Made by a program: the position numbers and the translations under genes
From: Macrostomum hystrix
Taxonomy: Eukaryota > Animalia > Platyhelminthes
Reading direction: 5' to 3'
Assembly: GCA_950097015.1 (NCBI GenBank)
Contig: CATNEN010000011.1
Coordinates: 1,984,001-2,048,000, forward strand
Length of the DNA stretch: 64,000 nt
Shown: positions 46,595 through 58,339 of the stretch, piece after piece
How the letters are laid out: every line of letters starts with the position of its first letter
Numbering within the stretch: the stretch's first letter is position 1
The notes under the pieces: model-generated
Databases searched by the model: none
What the model saw: the letters and a program-made list of their open reading frames with translations, nothing else
Told to the model about the DNA's origin: nothing

Positions 46595-47423
46595 ATGAAA
46601 TTGCTGCATCTGGCCGTGATAATTCTACTGCTCTGCGTCTTCTTTGGTAAATTCAATTTGAAGCTTTGCTTCAGTGTCATTCGTCTTCTGTCTCACCCCG
46701 TCTATCTCTCTCCTAGCCTGTCTCAACTTTTCTCTCTTACCCTGTCGCCTTGTCTATCACATCTCAACCTGTCTATCTTATCTCACCCGGTCTGTCCACC
46801 TCTCTCTCTGTTTATCGATATTTCGACGTCGATCTCTCTTAACCCGCCAGTCTATCTCACCCTGTCTATCTCACCCTGTCTATCTCACCCAGTCTATCTC
46901 AACCTGTCTATCTCACCCTATCTATCTCACCCTGTCTATCTCAACCTGTCTATCTCAACCTGTCTGTCTCACCCTGTCTACCTCACCCTGTCTATCTCAC
47001 CCTGTCTATCTCACCCTGTCTATCTCACCCTGTCTACCTCACCCTGTCTATCTCACCCTATCTACTTCACCCTGTCTATCTCACCTTGTCTTTCTCACCC
47101 TGTCTCCTGTCTCCCCTATCCACCCCGCATTTCCAGGCGAATCCGCCGCAAAACGCAGAGGCGGCAGCTCCCATAGCCGCGGCAAGTCAAGGCCCCACCA
47201 GTCGAAATCATGGAGCTCCGGCAGCGTCGGCAAGTCCCACGGGTCCAGCCGAGGTTCATCAGGATCAGGAGGCAAGGCTCACCACTCGGGCAAGGCTCAC
47301 GGCAAGACAAACAAGCACTCAGGCTTGAGCAAGAGGCACAATAGGCAGAGGCACTCGAGTCATGGATCTGGCACCTACCACTGGGGCAGGAGGTATAGTC
47401 ACTACGGAAGACACAGCGGTTGA
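46595..47423 (+). CDS. Secreted His/Gly/Ser/Arg/Lys-rich cationic peptide precursor, 112 aa. Exons: 46595-46646, 47137-47423
   Basis: Signal MKLLHLAVIILLLCVFF, phase-1 intron GTAAAT...TTCCAG, then GESAAKRRGGSSHSRGKS...YSHYGRHSG*; AATAAA at 47492. Confidence 0.85.
46850..47105. repeat. 14-bp minisatellite (CTGTCTATCTCACC)n in the intron of the His-rich peptide gene
   Basis: Direct inspection. Confidence 0.93.
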
Positions 47424-48274
47424 AAATCCAAAATATTTGAATATTTGACTAGTCAAATAAGCATTGGTGATGAGTTACTTTCTCAATTCAAAATAAAACC
47501 GCTGAATGAGACTACTACAGAAGTAGTACGCAAAGAAAAATAATGGTGAAATAGTTTTGCTTCCTATCAAAAATAGATTTACACGTATTTCCGTATTTTT
47601 CATTTGATTTCATGAAGTTTTTCTCTTTTACGAGTTTGCAATCCAATTAAAACCCGCGTAGGTGGGGTGAGTTGCAGAGTGGTCTAACGCTGTTATGATT
47701 CGAAGGCAACCCGCTTATCACATTCCTACCGAGTTAAAAAGCAACATGGGTTTATTAGATTGCAATTTACTGAACAATTCACTTGTATGAACAGATTTGC
47801 AGCTTTGAGGCTTTGACAATTAGAAGTTTATTTTTTGTTCAGGTAGCAATCAGGGTTAAGAATGGGCCGTGGATGCGGCTGTACTTAAGATCATAAAATG
47901 GTGGTAGTGCTGGCTATGTGTGAGGTCACTAATAAACACAAGTATGTATATTAAGCGGAGGAAAAAATCTACGAGTTTTAATACGGTCACGCCGCCCACA
48001 TTTCTGATAGCTTTTGTATGCGTCAGCTTATCAGTGAAGAAAGTTGCAATAACAAGAGTACAATTCCGGCGAGCTTTCTAAAAAAGTAAATTTACAACAG
48101 GCATAAGCAAGACGCACAAAACACTGATAATTATGAGGAATTTAAAGCCTATTTAAACAGGTTCGACAAAGATCTTCTAAAACTAAGAACACAGTTGCTG
48201 GAATCTACAAGAGGAAAACTATTTGCTTTTAGAATTTGCGAAATACAATTTAAATTCGGACTAAATTTGAAGCA

Positions 48275-51200
48275 TCAGTTGTCGTTGCGTCGATGCGTCA
48301 GCACCGCTGGCGGTCGCGGCGGCGGCGGCGGCTGTGACGACTGCTGCATGTCCGCGGTGGTGTTGGCGTCAGGCAGCTCGCTGGTGAATTTGCTGTCAAC
48401 CGCCCAGCCCTCGCCGTTGGCGGTTTCCACAGCCCCGGCATTTGAGATGGTCCCAGCCTGGGCTGAGTAGCCCATGTAGTCCTTGGTCTCGCCAACGATT
48501 TCCGTGTAGTCCTCGGTGACGAAGGAGCCGACGCGGTAGCGCCAGATCGCTGGAATGCCGCCGAAAACCAGCACCTGGGCCAGGTAGAGGCCGCCGCATA
48601 CAAGCCAAACGTCGTCGTAGCTGTGGCGAAAGTCGAAGATAACACCTGTGATGTAGATTTTGAGCAGTTGCGTCTCAAAATGGGTGTTTCAATGATTTTT
48701 TATGCTTATTTGAGTCCCAATATTGAACCTCCAGGCACTGTTACACTATGAACTATATCATTATTGCCACAAACTTCACTATCACAATTGTAATAATAAT
48801 GGATTATCTGAAGACTGCGTACTGCCGTTCAGTGAATGAACTAAGGGTAACGCCACACCCACCTTCCCCCAGCTGATGCTGATACACATTTAACAGCTGG
48901 GGGAACTGGGGCAATGCAGAGCTACAGTGAGTGTCTTGCGAAAGGACACAGATAGTTCCAATGGAGTCGGGAATCGAACTCCTGACCTTTAAGTCGGGAT
49001 TACGACGCTCTAACTCTCCTGACTATCAGTAGTGACAGCAACAGCATCATCAGTTTATAGCACCAGGTCACTCTAATTGTCATTTTTAGCATCACTCTAA
49101 TTGGTTGATATTACTGTACTAAATATACTAAATCTCAAATATTTAACAAAATATTGATTGACTCGCCAGAGAACAGCGGTCCGACTAGAATGCCGAGACC
49201 GGACCAGAGGTTAGTAGCCGACCAGGCCACATCTATCGGCAGTTTGGTGACTTCGCCAGAAGCTGCGTACTGGTACACGATGGTGAGTCCCAGTAGGCCG
49301 CCCAGAACTGCAAGTTATAAATGAATATTTATGTATTTAGTTTTGTTTCAATTTGAAAACTCAGTCACGATGTTAATTCGGTCAGGCGATATTTAGTCTC
49401 GGATTCTGATTTTGTGAAATATTATGAATGGAAAAGCGAGTTGAGGAGAGAAGACACTCAGGCAGCTCTTCGAAGCATCCAGCATTTTCCTTATCGACTC
49501 ATCTGCGCTAGGAATACTGCTGAGCAACACTGTGCAGGCAGTGAAAGCCGGCAGGGAGAACTCAATTATTCCTCATCCTTTTCTAAGCGGCAGCTGTGAA
49601 AATTCGTCCACTAGATTCGCTTCGCGTTGAAATGCGATAAGCGTATAGCAGTTCCATTCGGGCTAACCCAAGATTTCGGGTTCGGGTAAGGGCGTAAGGA
49701 TTTTTTTTTATTCGAACAAATATGCTCCAACCATTCGAGACATAATTTCACAGCGTCTCTTCCAGAGCAAAGAGACTGAATGAAAAATTGCTGACAGACA
49801 GGCGGGTGGCGACAGTGTGGGTGCTTGGGCACTCACATAGGACCCATTAATCGAGGAATGAAAGCACTTTGCTTTCAAAAAGTGTGGATTTAAGCATTTC
49901 TCGGTCATAATACTTCTTAATACTAATAATAATAAAAAAAATAATAACTGCAGGAGGGCAACGGACAATGGGATATCATTTAGTGACACTAGACCCACAG
50001 CTAGCGTGGGAGCTATTCTGCCAGTTCCACTGACTCCTGAGCACACGTGTACACAGGTGTGTACATCTGCCCTGACTTTCTCATCGTCAGGCAGTTGTAC
50101 AGTCTCACTGTGCCTTGTAGGTTGGCCCTCATGGGCGTAAATTTCACGACAAGCCCCCAAGCCTTCTCTCCGCGGCTGCACCCCAAATGAATGTGGCCTC
50201 GCCGCGGAATCGAGCTCAGGGACCTTGGCGCGAGAGTCAAACGTGTTAGACCGCTCTGCCACTCACCCCTTTAGATCTTTAGATCTTGAGCTTACAGCTT
50301 CAGGTCTTGAGCTTACAGCTTTAGATCTTGAGCTTACAGCTTCAGGTCTTGAGCTTACAGCTTCAGGTCTTGAGCTTACAGCTTCAGGTCTTGAGCTTAC
50401 AGCTTCAGGTCTTGAGCTTACAGCTTCAGGTCTTGAGCTTACAGCTTCAGGTCTTGAGCTTACAGCTTCAGGTCTTGAGCTTACAGCTTCAGGTCTTGAG
50501 CTTACAGCTTCAGGTCTTGAGCTTACAGCTTCAGGTCTTGAGCTTACAGCTTCAGGTCTTGAGCTTACAGCTTCAGGTCTTGAGCTAAAAGCTTTAGATC
50601 TTGAGCTTACAGCTTCAGGTCTTGAGCTTACAGCTTCAGATCTTGAGCTTACAGCTTCAGGTCTTGAGCTTAGAGCTTCAGGTTTTCGGCAAACGGACGC
50701 AGACTCGAATCTAGCTAGTGACACGTTCAAATTTCGCCCACTGCATACTCATACTCAGCCGTGTACTCACTCGCAGACGTAGCCAGTATGGAATTATAGG
50801 AACTGTCAACGAACGGCCACAGAAAGCAGATTATCGATAAGCCAATAGCTGAGATCAGGTTGATAATGATCAGGCGGCCTTTGAAATGATCGCCAACAGT
50901 GGAGGCGATCACATAGGTGATGCATTCGGCCAGGGACAGAACAGTGACAGCCCACTTGGACTGTGACAGTCCAATGTTCTTGCGTTTCATATAGTAGGCC
51001 TGTGTGTTGAGAAACGCGAAGTATATAGTCGTATGTACTTAAAACTTCTAGCTTCGTACTCAATACATGGCACTTTTGAAAAGATTCGTAGCGATAAGTC
51101 AATTACCATCTGAAAGGCATATGGTCCTAAGTCACGTGACTCAATCTAAAAAGTTGGTCCTAAGTCACGTGACTAAATGTAAAAAGTACTTGGTCCTAAG

Positions 51201-54200
51201 TCACGTGACTAAATGTAAAAAGTACTTGGTCCTAAGTCACGTGACTCAATCAAAAAGTACTTGGTCCTAAGTCACGTGACTCAATCAAAAAGTACTTGGT
51301 CCTAAGTCACGTGACTCAATCAAAAAGTACTTGGTCCTAAGTCACGTGACTCAATCTAAAAAGTACTTGGTCCTAAGTCACGTGACTTAATCAAAAAGTA
51401 AATGGTTTAAAGTCATGTGACTCAATCTAAAAAGTACTTAATCCCAAGTCCCGTGCCTCAATCTAAAAAGTACTTGGTCCTAAGTCACGTGACACACTCT
51501 GAAGGGTGCCAGGTCCTTATTGCACAATCATAAAGCAATCAACAAGGTCACCAGGTTAACGAATGGCATGTAGAAGCCAATGAAGGACATCATGTTGCCC
51601 AGTAGCCAGAGGCCGATCTCCGGGCGGACCATGCACTGCTTCGGGTTGCAGCAGGATCCCATTCGCCGATTGTAGTCGCCATAGTCTATGGGATCGTTGG
51701 TGTCGATCTCCAGCTTGGAGAGGAACGGCAGACAGCAGGGTAGGCCCACGATGAGAATGAGGATGCCGCAAACCCTGAATGCGACCGAAACACCGTAGAA
51801 TTCCACCAGCCAGCCGTTGATGGGGTTGAACAGGAGACTGCCTGCATTTGTGTCAGACATTTCATTCAGACGTATATAATTGGCGCACTTACTTGGGTGC
51901 ATCCCGACTGTACTGGGTAAAAAACTGGCTCTAAATTTGAATAAGACGAACATATTCGGAGATTTATCAAAGCCTAGACGGATAAATTAGAGAAACCAAC
52001 CGAATTTTACAGCCAAAAACCTACCAGAAATCATTTTGATTGGCAGAAATTACGACTCAATAAGCCAGACTTGTTTTTATTGCCGCCCACTTTCAGCGAT
52101 TTCCCCCAAATCCCGGATATTATTTGTCGGGGATGCATTTGCCCGTCTCAGAATAAAATTCCTTATTTGATTTCGCAGGCAGGCAGAATGTCGAACGATC
52201 TCAGCAGATTGCTGCCGACAGGCCGCAGGAACTCTGAGATTAATCTCCCGGGCTATAAAGCATCCTCAGCGTTAACACGCTTAGCGCAATAATACTGTGC
52301 TCAAAGTGTGCTCAAAGTCCGGGAATGTCTGAAGGCAAAGTGGATCTTCCACCGGACACCGGCCTGACTTGCTTAATGCGCCACTGTGTCAGCCGGAATC
52401 CTTCCATGATGAAGCAATTCGCCAAATTGAAGCGAACATCCGGCCGCAGTGAGATGTGCTCAAAATGTAGGACAGAAACGTCAGTGACACAGGCCTTCAA
52501 TCTCACTGGCGCAGGTTTTGTTCTGAATTATTTAACCATTAGGCCAAGAAAAGGAATGCGGGGGGGCTGTAAATGAAGATTATAAACAAAACACGGCGAG
52601 GCACATTGCACTCAGCTGATTAATGACCTGCAAAGACCGCATACAGAACGGTAGAGGAAACATGTAGATTCATTATTGACTGAATCATTAATAACGTCCT
52701 CCGAGCATTTTTAGGTCATTACAGTAACTCAGAAATTATTTAATCATTCGCATCGGAATCTATCTTAGAATATCTGAATTTCGGTATGACTGTGCTCGCT
52801 ATGCAAGCATTTTAGTGTGATGCTAACTCGAGGGAAGCTGTTCAACTAGCGGTTGGATGTTTATTAACTAACAGAGATGCACTTTCGCACTAACAGTAAA
52901 GTGTTTGTGAACTAAAATCTTGGTTCTTATGGACTAACAGAAAGATGTTTTTTCCCAAGCAGAGAGGTGTTTATGAACATCATTGGACTATCAGTTGGAT
53001 ATTTATCGGCTGACAGCGAACTGTTTATTAACAAACACCTAGCGAGGTGTTTTTTTACTATCGGTGCGGTGTGTACGGACTAACAGTGTTTATGGGCTAA
53101 AATCGAGGTGTTTACGGACTAACAGTGTTTATGGGCTAAAATCGAGGTGTTTACGGACTAACAGAGAGGTGTTTACGGACTAACAGAGAGGTGTTTATGG
53201 ACTAACAGAGAGGTGTTTACGGACTAACAGAGAGGTGTTTATGGACTAAAATCGAGGTGTTTATGGACTAGAAGAGAGGTGTTTATGGACTAAAATCGAG
53301 ACATTTATGGACTAAAATCGAGGCGTTTATGGACTAAAATCGAGGTGTTTATGGACTAAAAACCGAGGCGTTTATGGACTAAAATTGAGGTGTTTATGGA
53401 CTAAAATCGAGGTGTTTATGGACTAACAGAGAGGTGTTTATGGACTAAAATCGAGGTATTTATGGACTAAAATCGAAGTGTTTATAGGCTAAAATCGAGG
53501 TGTTTATGGACTATAATCGAGGTGTTTATGGACTAAAATCGAGGTGTTTATGGACTAAAATCGAATCGAGGTATTTAAGGACTAAAATAGAGGCGTTTAT
53601 GGACTAAAATCGAGGTGTTTATCGACTAAAATCAAGGCGATTATGGACTAAAATCGAGGTGTCTATGGACTAAAATCGAGGCGTTTATGGACTAACAGAG
53701 AGGTGTTTATGGACTAAAATCGAGGTATTTATGGACTAAAATCGAAGTGTTTATAGGCTAAAATCGAGGTGTTTATGGACTATAATCGAGGTGTTTATGG
53801 ACTAAAATCGAGGTGTTTATGGACTAACAGAGAGGTGTTTATGGACTAAAATCGAGGTATTTATGGACTAACAGAGAGGTGTTTATGGACTAAAATCGAG
53901 GTGTTTATGGACTATAATCGAGGTGTTTATGGACTAAAATCGAGGTGTTTATGGACTAACAGAGAGGTGTTTATGGACTAAAATCGAGGTATTTATGGAC
54001 TAACAGAGAGGTGTTTATGGACTAAAATCGAGGTGTTTATGGACTATAATCGAGGTGTTTATGGACTAAAATCGAGGTGTTTATGGACTAAAATCGAATC
54101 GAGGTATTTAAGGACTAAAATAGAGGCGTTTATGGACTAAAATCGAGGTGTTTATCGACTAAAATCGAGGCAATTATGGATTAAAATCGAGGTGTCTATG

Positions 54201-57200
54201 GACTAAAATCGAGGCGTTTATGGACTAAAATCGAGGTGTTTATCGACTAAAATCGAGGCGATTATGGACTAAAATCGAGGTGTTTATCGACTAAAATCGA
54301 GGCGATTATGGACTAAAATCGAGGTGTTTATCGACTAAAATCGAGGCGATTATGGACTAAAATCGAGGTGTTTATCGACTAAAATCAAGGCGTTAATGGA
54401 CTAATATAAAAAGTTGCAATGTCTATGCAATTAGATTCTGTTACGGATTAACAGCGTGGTGTTTCATTGTCTAATATTGCGTCTCATTGGTTTTTAGGCA
54501 TAATATTTTTAGTCAGGAACAGCCATTTTCGACTTGCTTTGTCTTTATATGTTTAAATGTTTGGCATACCTAAAATAGGTAAAAGTTTTTTTGCAGAAAA
54601 TAAGCCGAACATATCCTCATTTTAGATTGTTCCTCAGTCAGTCGTAACGAATAACTCCGCAAACTGCATTAATTTGCATTGATTTGGACTGGCTATAGTT
54701 ATTCAGGCTTAGCGTAAGCAATTTTATGCCCCACTGACAATTTTGTTGTTCCGTGAAGAATAAATGATCACAGACACTAAATTAGCTAAAAAAATCATTC
54801 AAGCCATAAGGATTCTGAGCAATCTAAAGGTTTCGCTGATTTGGAATAGATAATGAGCGAGCGCTTTGGTTCATTCTTTCCTCTCGCAAAAATCCATCCG
54901 GCCCAAATTCCGCGTGTTTGTCCGGAAGCAGGGGGTGAATCAACCATGTTCTACTTTCACACCTTGCTTCTGTCTTCAGCTTGTACGGGTACGTGTTTGT
55001 CAAAGTTTCACTGTTTGCCTTCAGGTCTATGGCGACTGTGTGCAGTCAAACAGCTCTAGTCCCGATACTGCTGTCTGAAAATGCGATTCCCTCTCTATCT
55101 TGCGAATTAGTTCTATAGATGAAAGTTGAGCACAATGGCACATTATAACATTTTTTAATGTGGATGAAATTTAGCTGCAACTACTCGTAGTTAAATCAAT
55201 CTCTTTTACGAAAGTAATTGAGATATAGCTTAAACTCGAAATGAAGCAACTGTTGAGAAATTGTGAAATTTCGAATTTCAAAAGATTTTTGACGTTAAAA
55301 AACCTCTCGGGGTTTTCCGGATTTTTGTGGAATTTCCGGATTTTTTAAGTTTCACGGATTTTCGGAATTTCCGGATTTTTTTTAATTTCCGGATTTTTTT
55401 AATGTCACGATTTTTGTGGAATTTCCGGATTTCTTTTAAACGTCACGATTTTTTTAATTTGCGGGTTTTTTTCTGGATCGTTGGGGAACTTCTATATTTT
55501 TATAGATTTCATGATTTTTTGTGGAACTCTGCATTTTTAGAGTTTCCGTATTTTTAGGAATTCAATTTTTAAAAAAGATTTTTGTTAATTTTAGAATGAT
55601 TATAATTTCAAGAATTTAGATAGTTTTTCATAATTCTGATATAATGAACATCGGCAAGAAATGTTTCTTTATTCCAAACAAATGTCGCTCACCCACAGGA
55701 TAGCCGCAGAGAAGGATGCTGGTGGCCAGGACGTGATGCTTGTGCTCCTTATCAAAGTACTCGCCAATCACCAGGCTGGAACTCATGTAGGTCAGCGAGG
55801 ACCCGATTCCATACAGAATCGAGTGTGTCAGGAACATCCACAGTTCGTTGACCTGGGCTACTGCGGACGATAAGAAACAGGATATTGTGAGGATTAGAAC
55901 CCCAGTCACCGCGGCGATCTGGTAGCCGTGCTGCCCGAGGGTGCGAATCAGCAGTACAGACACCGGACTCATGCTCAGCGAGATCGTGAAGGACAGCGTG
56001 CCGATCCAATCTGAAGATGGGGGGCAGTGGTGGATCTCAATCAGCCTTATCTGACTCTCTATCAGCCTTATCTGACTCTCTATCAGCCTTATCTACTCTC
56101 TATCAGCCTTATCTAACTCTCTATCAGCCTTATCTAACTCTCTATCAGCCTTATCTGACTCTCTATCAGCCTTATCTACTCTCTATCAGCCTTATCTGCT
56201 CTCTATCAGCCTTATCTAACTCTCTATCAGCCTTATCTAACTCTCTATCAGCCTTATCTGACTCTCTATCAGCCTTATCTACTCTCTATCAGCCTTATCT
56301 GACTCTCTATCAGCCTTATCTAACTCTCTATCAGCCTTATCTAACTCTCTATCAGTCTTATCTGACTCTCTATCAGCCTTATCTACTCTCTATCAGCCTT
56401 ATCTGACTCTCTATCAGCCTTATCTAACTCTCTATCAGCCTTATCTAACTCTCTATCAGCCTTATCTGACTCTCTATCAGCCTTATCTGACTCTCTATCA
56501 GCCTTATCTACTCTCTATCAGCCTTATCTGACTCTCTATCAGCCTTATCTGACTCTCTATCAGCCTTATCTGACTCTCTATCATTGGATCTCACTAGATC
56601 TCATGTGACTCTCACTAGATCTCATCTGGCTCTCACTAGATCTCATGTGACTCTCACTAGATCTCATCTGGCTCTCACTAGATCTCATCTGACTCTCACT
56701 ATATTTTATCTGAATCTCACTAGATCTCATCTGAATCTCACTAGATCTCATCTGACTCTCACTAGATTTTATCTGAATCTCACTAGATCTCATCTGAATC
56801 TCACTAGATCTCATCTGGCTCTCACTAGATCTCATCTGAATCTCACTAGATCTCATCTGACTCTCACTAGATTTTATCTGAATCTCACTAGATCTCATCT
56901 GAATCTCACTAGATCTCATCTGACTCTCACTAGATTTTATCTGAATCTCACTAGATCTCATCTGAATCTCACTAGATCTCATCTGGCTCTCACTAGATCT
57001 CATCTGAATCTCACTAGATCTCATCTGACTCTCACTAGATTTTATCTGAATCTCACTAGATCTCATCTGACTCTCACTAGATTTTATCTGAATCTCACTA
57101 GATCTCATCTGAATCTCACTAGATCTCATCTGGCTCTCACTAGATCTCATCTGAATCTCACTAGATCTCATCTGACTCTCACTAGATTTTATCTGAATCT

Positions 57201-58339
57201 CACTAGATCTCATCTGGCTCTCACTAGATCTCATCTGAATCTCACTAGATCTCATCTGAATCTCACTAGATCTCATCTGAATCTCACTAGATCTCATCTG
57301 AATCTCACTAGATCTCATCTGAATCTCACTAGATCTCAGTTTCAAACTACTCAACAAACTTGAGTAAATCTATCATGAGATGTCGTCCACTGTTGTTTAC
57401 TGAGATCAAGTGGCACCAGATTCACTTAATTCGATGCAAAACTCGTTCAGAAAATTGTGATTCCAGAAAATACTGTTAGCTGTCCGGGCACACGCGGGGT
57501 TTGCTTATTGCGTCGCACTCTGTATCCTGTCAGCAAGCGTCGTGTTTCTTTCAGTTTTACTCCATAGCCCGGCATTTTCTATTCGATTTGGTTCGATCCT
57601 TTTTTCAGGTTCCATCCACTCCATCACTGTCTGTTGGGCCGTGCATTAACCTGGTCAAACAGGACAATGCCTGGCTAAATGGACTTGTGAGTGGCGTGGG
57701 CAGCGGGGATAGAGGGTACCGAACATGTATGAGCTGAATTTAATCGACTGCCTAGGCAAGGTTGTGACGCTGAGCTGAGATAAATGAAGTGTTTGAGTTG
57801 GTGAACTAACTTGCATGACAGTGAGAGAGTGTAGCTGAATTCGTGATTGAAATCACGAGTAAGTTCATGAGTGAGTTCATGAGTGAGTTCATGAGTGAGT
57901 TCATGAGTGAGTTCATGATTGAGATCATGAGTAAGTTCATGCTTGAGATCATGAGTGAGTTCATGATTGAGATCATGAGTGAGTTCATGCTTGAGATCTT
58001 GGGTGAGTTCATGAGGGAGATTTTGAGTGAGTTCATGATTGGGATCATGAGTGGGTTCATGAAAGAGATTTATTCATAATGAATATTTATTTATTTATCA
58101 AGCATTAGCAGGTATTTTTCACGAGTCCATAAGTCCATGAGTTCGTGAGTGAGCGACTCACTCTGCACCGCCATAGCCGTATGGTTATCCTCGGACTCCA
58201 GCTTGACAACGAACACACCGAAGCTGTAGGTGATGCCGCTTCGAACCACCGTGAGCAGCAGCACAGCCAGGCAGATCACCCAGCCCTGGGTTCGACTTTG
58301 CAACTGGCGAAATTTTCTACTAAAAGCAGACACAAGCAT
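48275..58339 (-). CDS. Monocarboxylate transporter (SLC16/MCT, MFS). Exons: 58339(or 58370)-58162, 56010-55693, 51841-51552, 50999-50771, 49307-49167, 48645-48275
   Basis: GWVICLAVLL...GITYSFGVF, WIGTLS, HSILYGIGSSLTY, GEYFDKEH..LATSILLCG, FIGFYMPFVNL, GPLFSGVIFDFRHSY; all junction phases are consistent. Confidence 0.92.
48800..49030 (-). mobile_element. tRNA-derived SINE with a Deu/Nin-like central domain
   Basis: Minus strand: A box, GAGTTCGATTCC B box, then TGTGTCCTTTCGCAAGACACTCACT...TTGCCCCAGTTCCCCCAGCTGTTAAATG. Confidence 0.7.
50015..50269 (-). mobile_element. tRNA-derived SINE family A copy
   Basis: Head GGGGTGAGTGGCAGAGCGGTCTAA, B box GAGCTCGATTCC; body matches 39438-39714. Confidence 0.88.
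50270..50685. repeat. 21-bp minisatellite (TTGAGCTTACAGCTTCAGGTC)n in an MCT intron
   Basis: Direct inspection. Confidence 0.96.
51120..51495. repeat. ~35-bp minisatellite carrying the palindrome GTCACGTGAC, in an MCT intron
   Basis: Unit AAAAAGTACTTGGTCCTAAGTCACGTGACTCAATC; 9 perfect palindromes and 2 variants. Confidence 0.95.
53080..54400. repeat. 22-bp minisatellite (GGTGTTTATGGACTAAAATCGA)n in an MCT intron
   Basis: Direct inspection. Confidence 0.96.
56040..56582. repeat. 21-bp minisatellite (CTCTCTATCAGCCTTATCTGA)n
   Basis: Direct inspection. Confidence 0.96.
56585..57337. repeat. 21-bp minisatellite (CTCACTAGATCTCATCTGAAT)n
   Basis: Direct inspection. Confidence 0.96.
57860..58075. 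repeat. 12-bp minisatellite (GAGTGAGTTCAT)n
   Basis: Direct inspection. Confidence 0.92.

Noticed and set aside
48960-49030. tRNA genes here and at 37340-37407, 39650-39714, 47660-47700, 50200-50269 and 60875-60942
   Set aside because: A and B boxes are present but no closing acceptor stem or proper anticodon arm; they continue into shared SINE bodies
50225-50782. ELTASGL, SSRPEAV and SLQLQVL ORFs, and 21-bp-derived ORFs at 56017-57363
   Set aside because: Minisatellite translations within SLC16 introns
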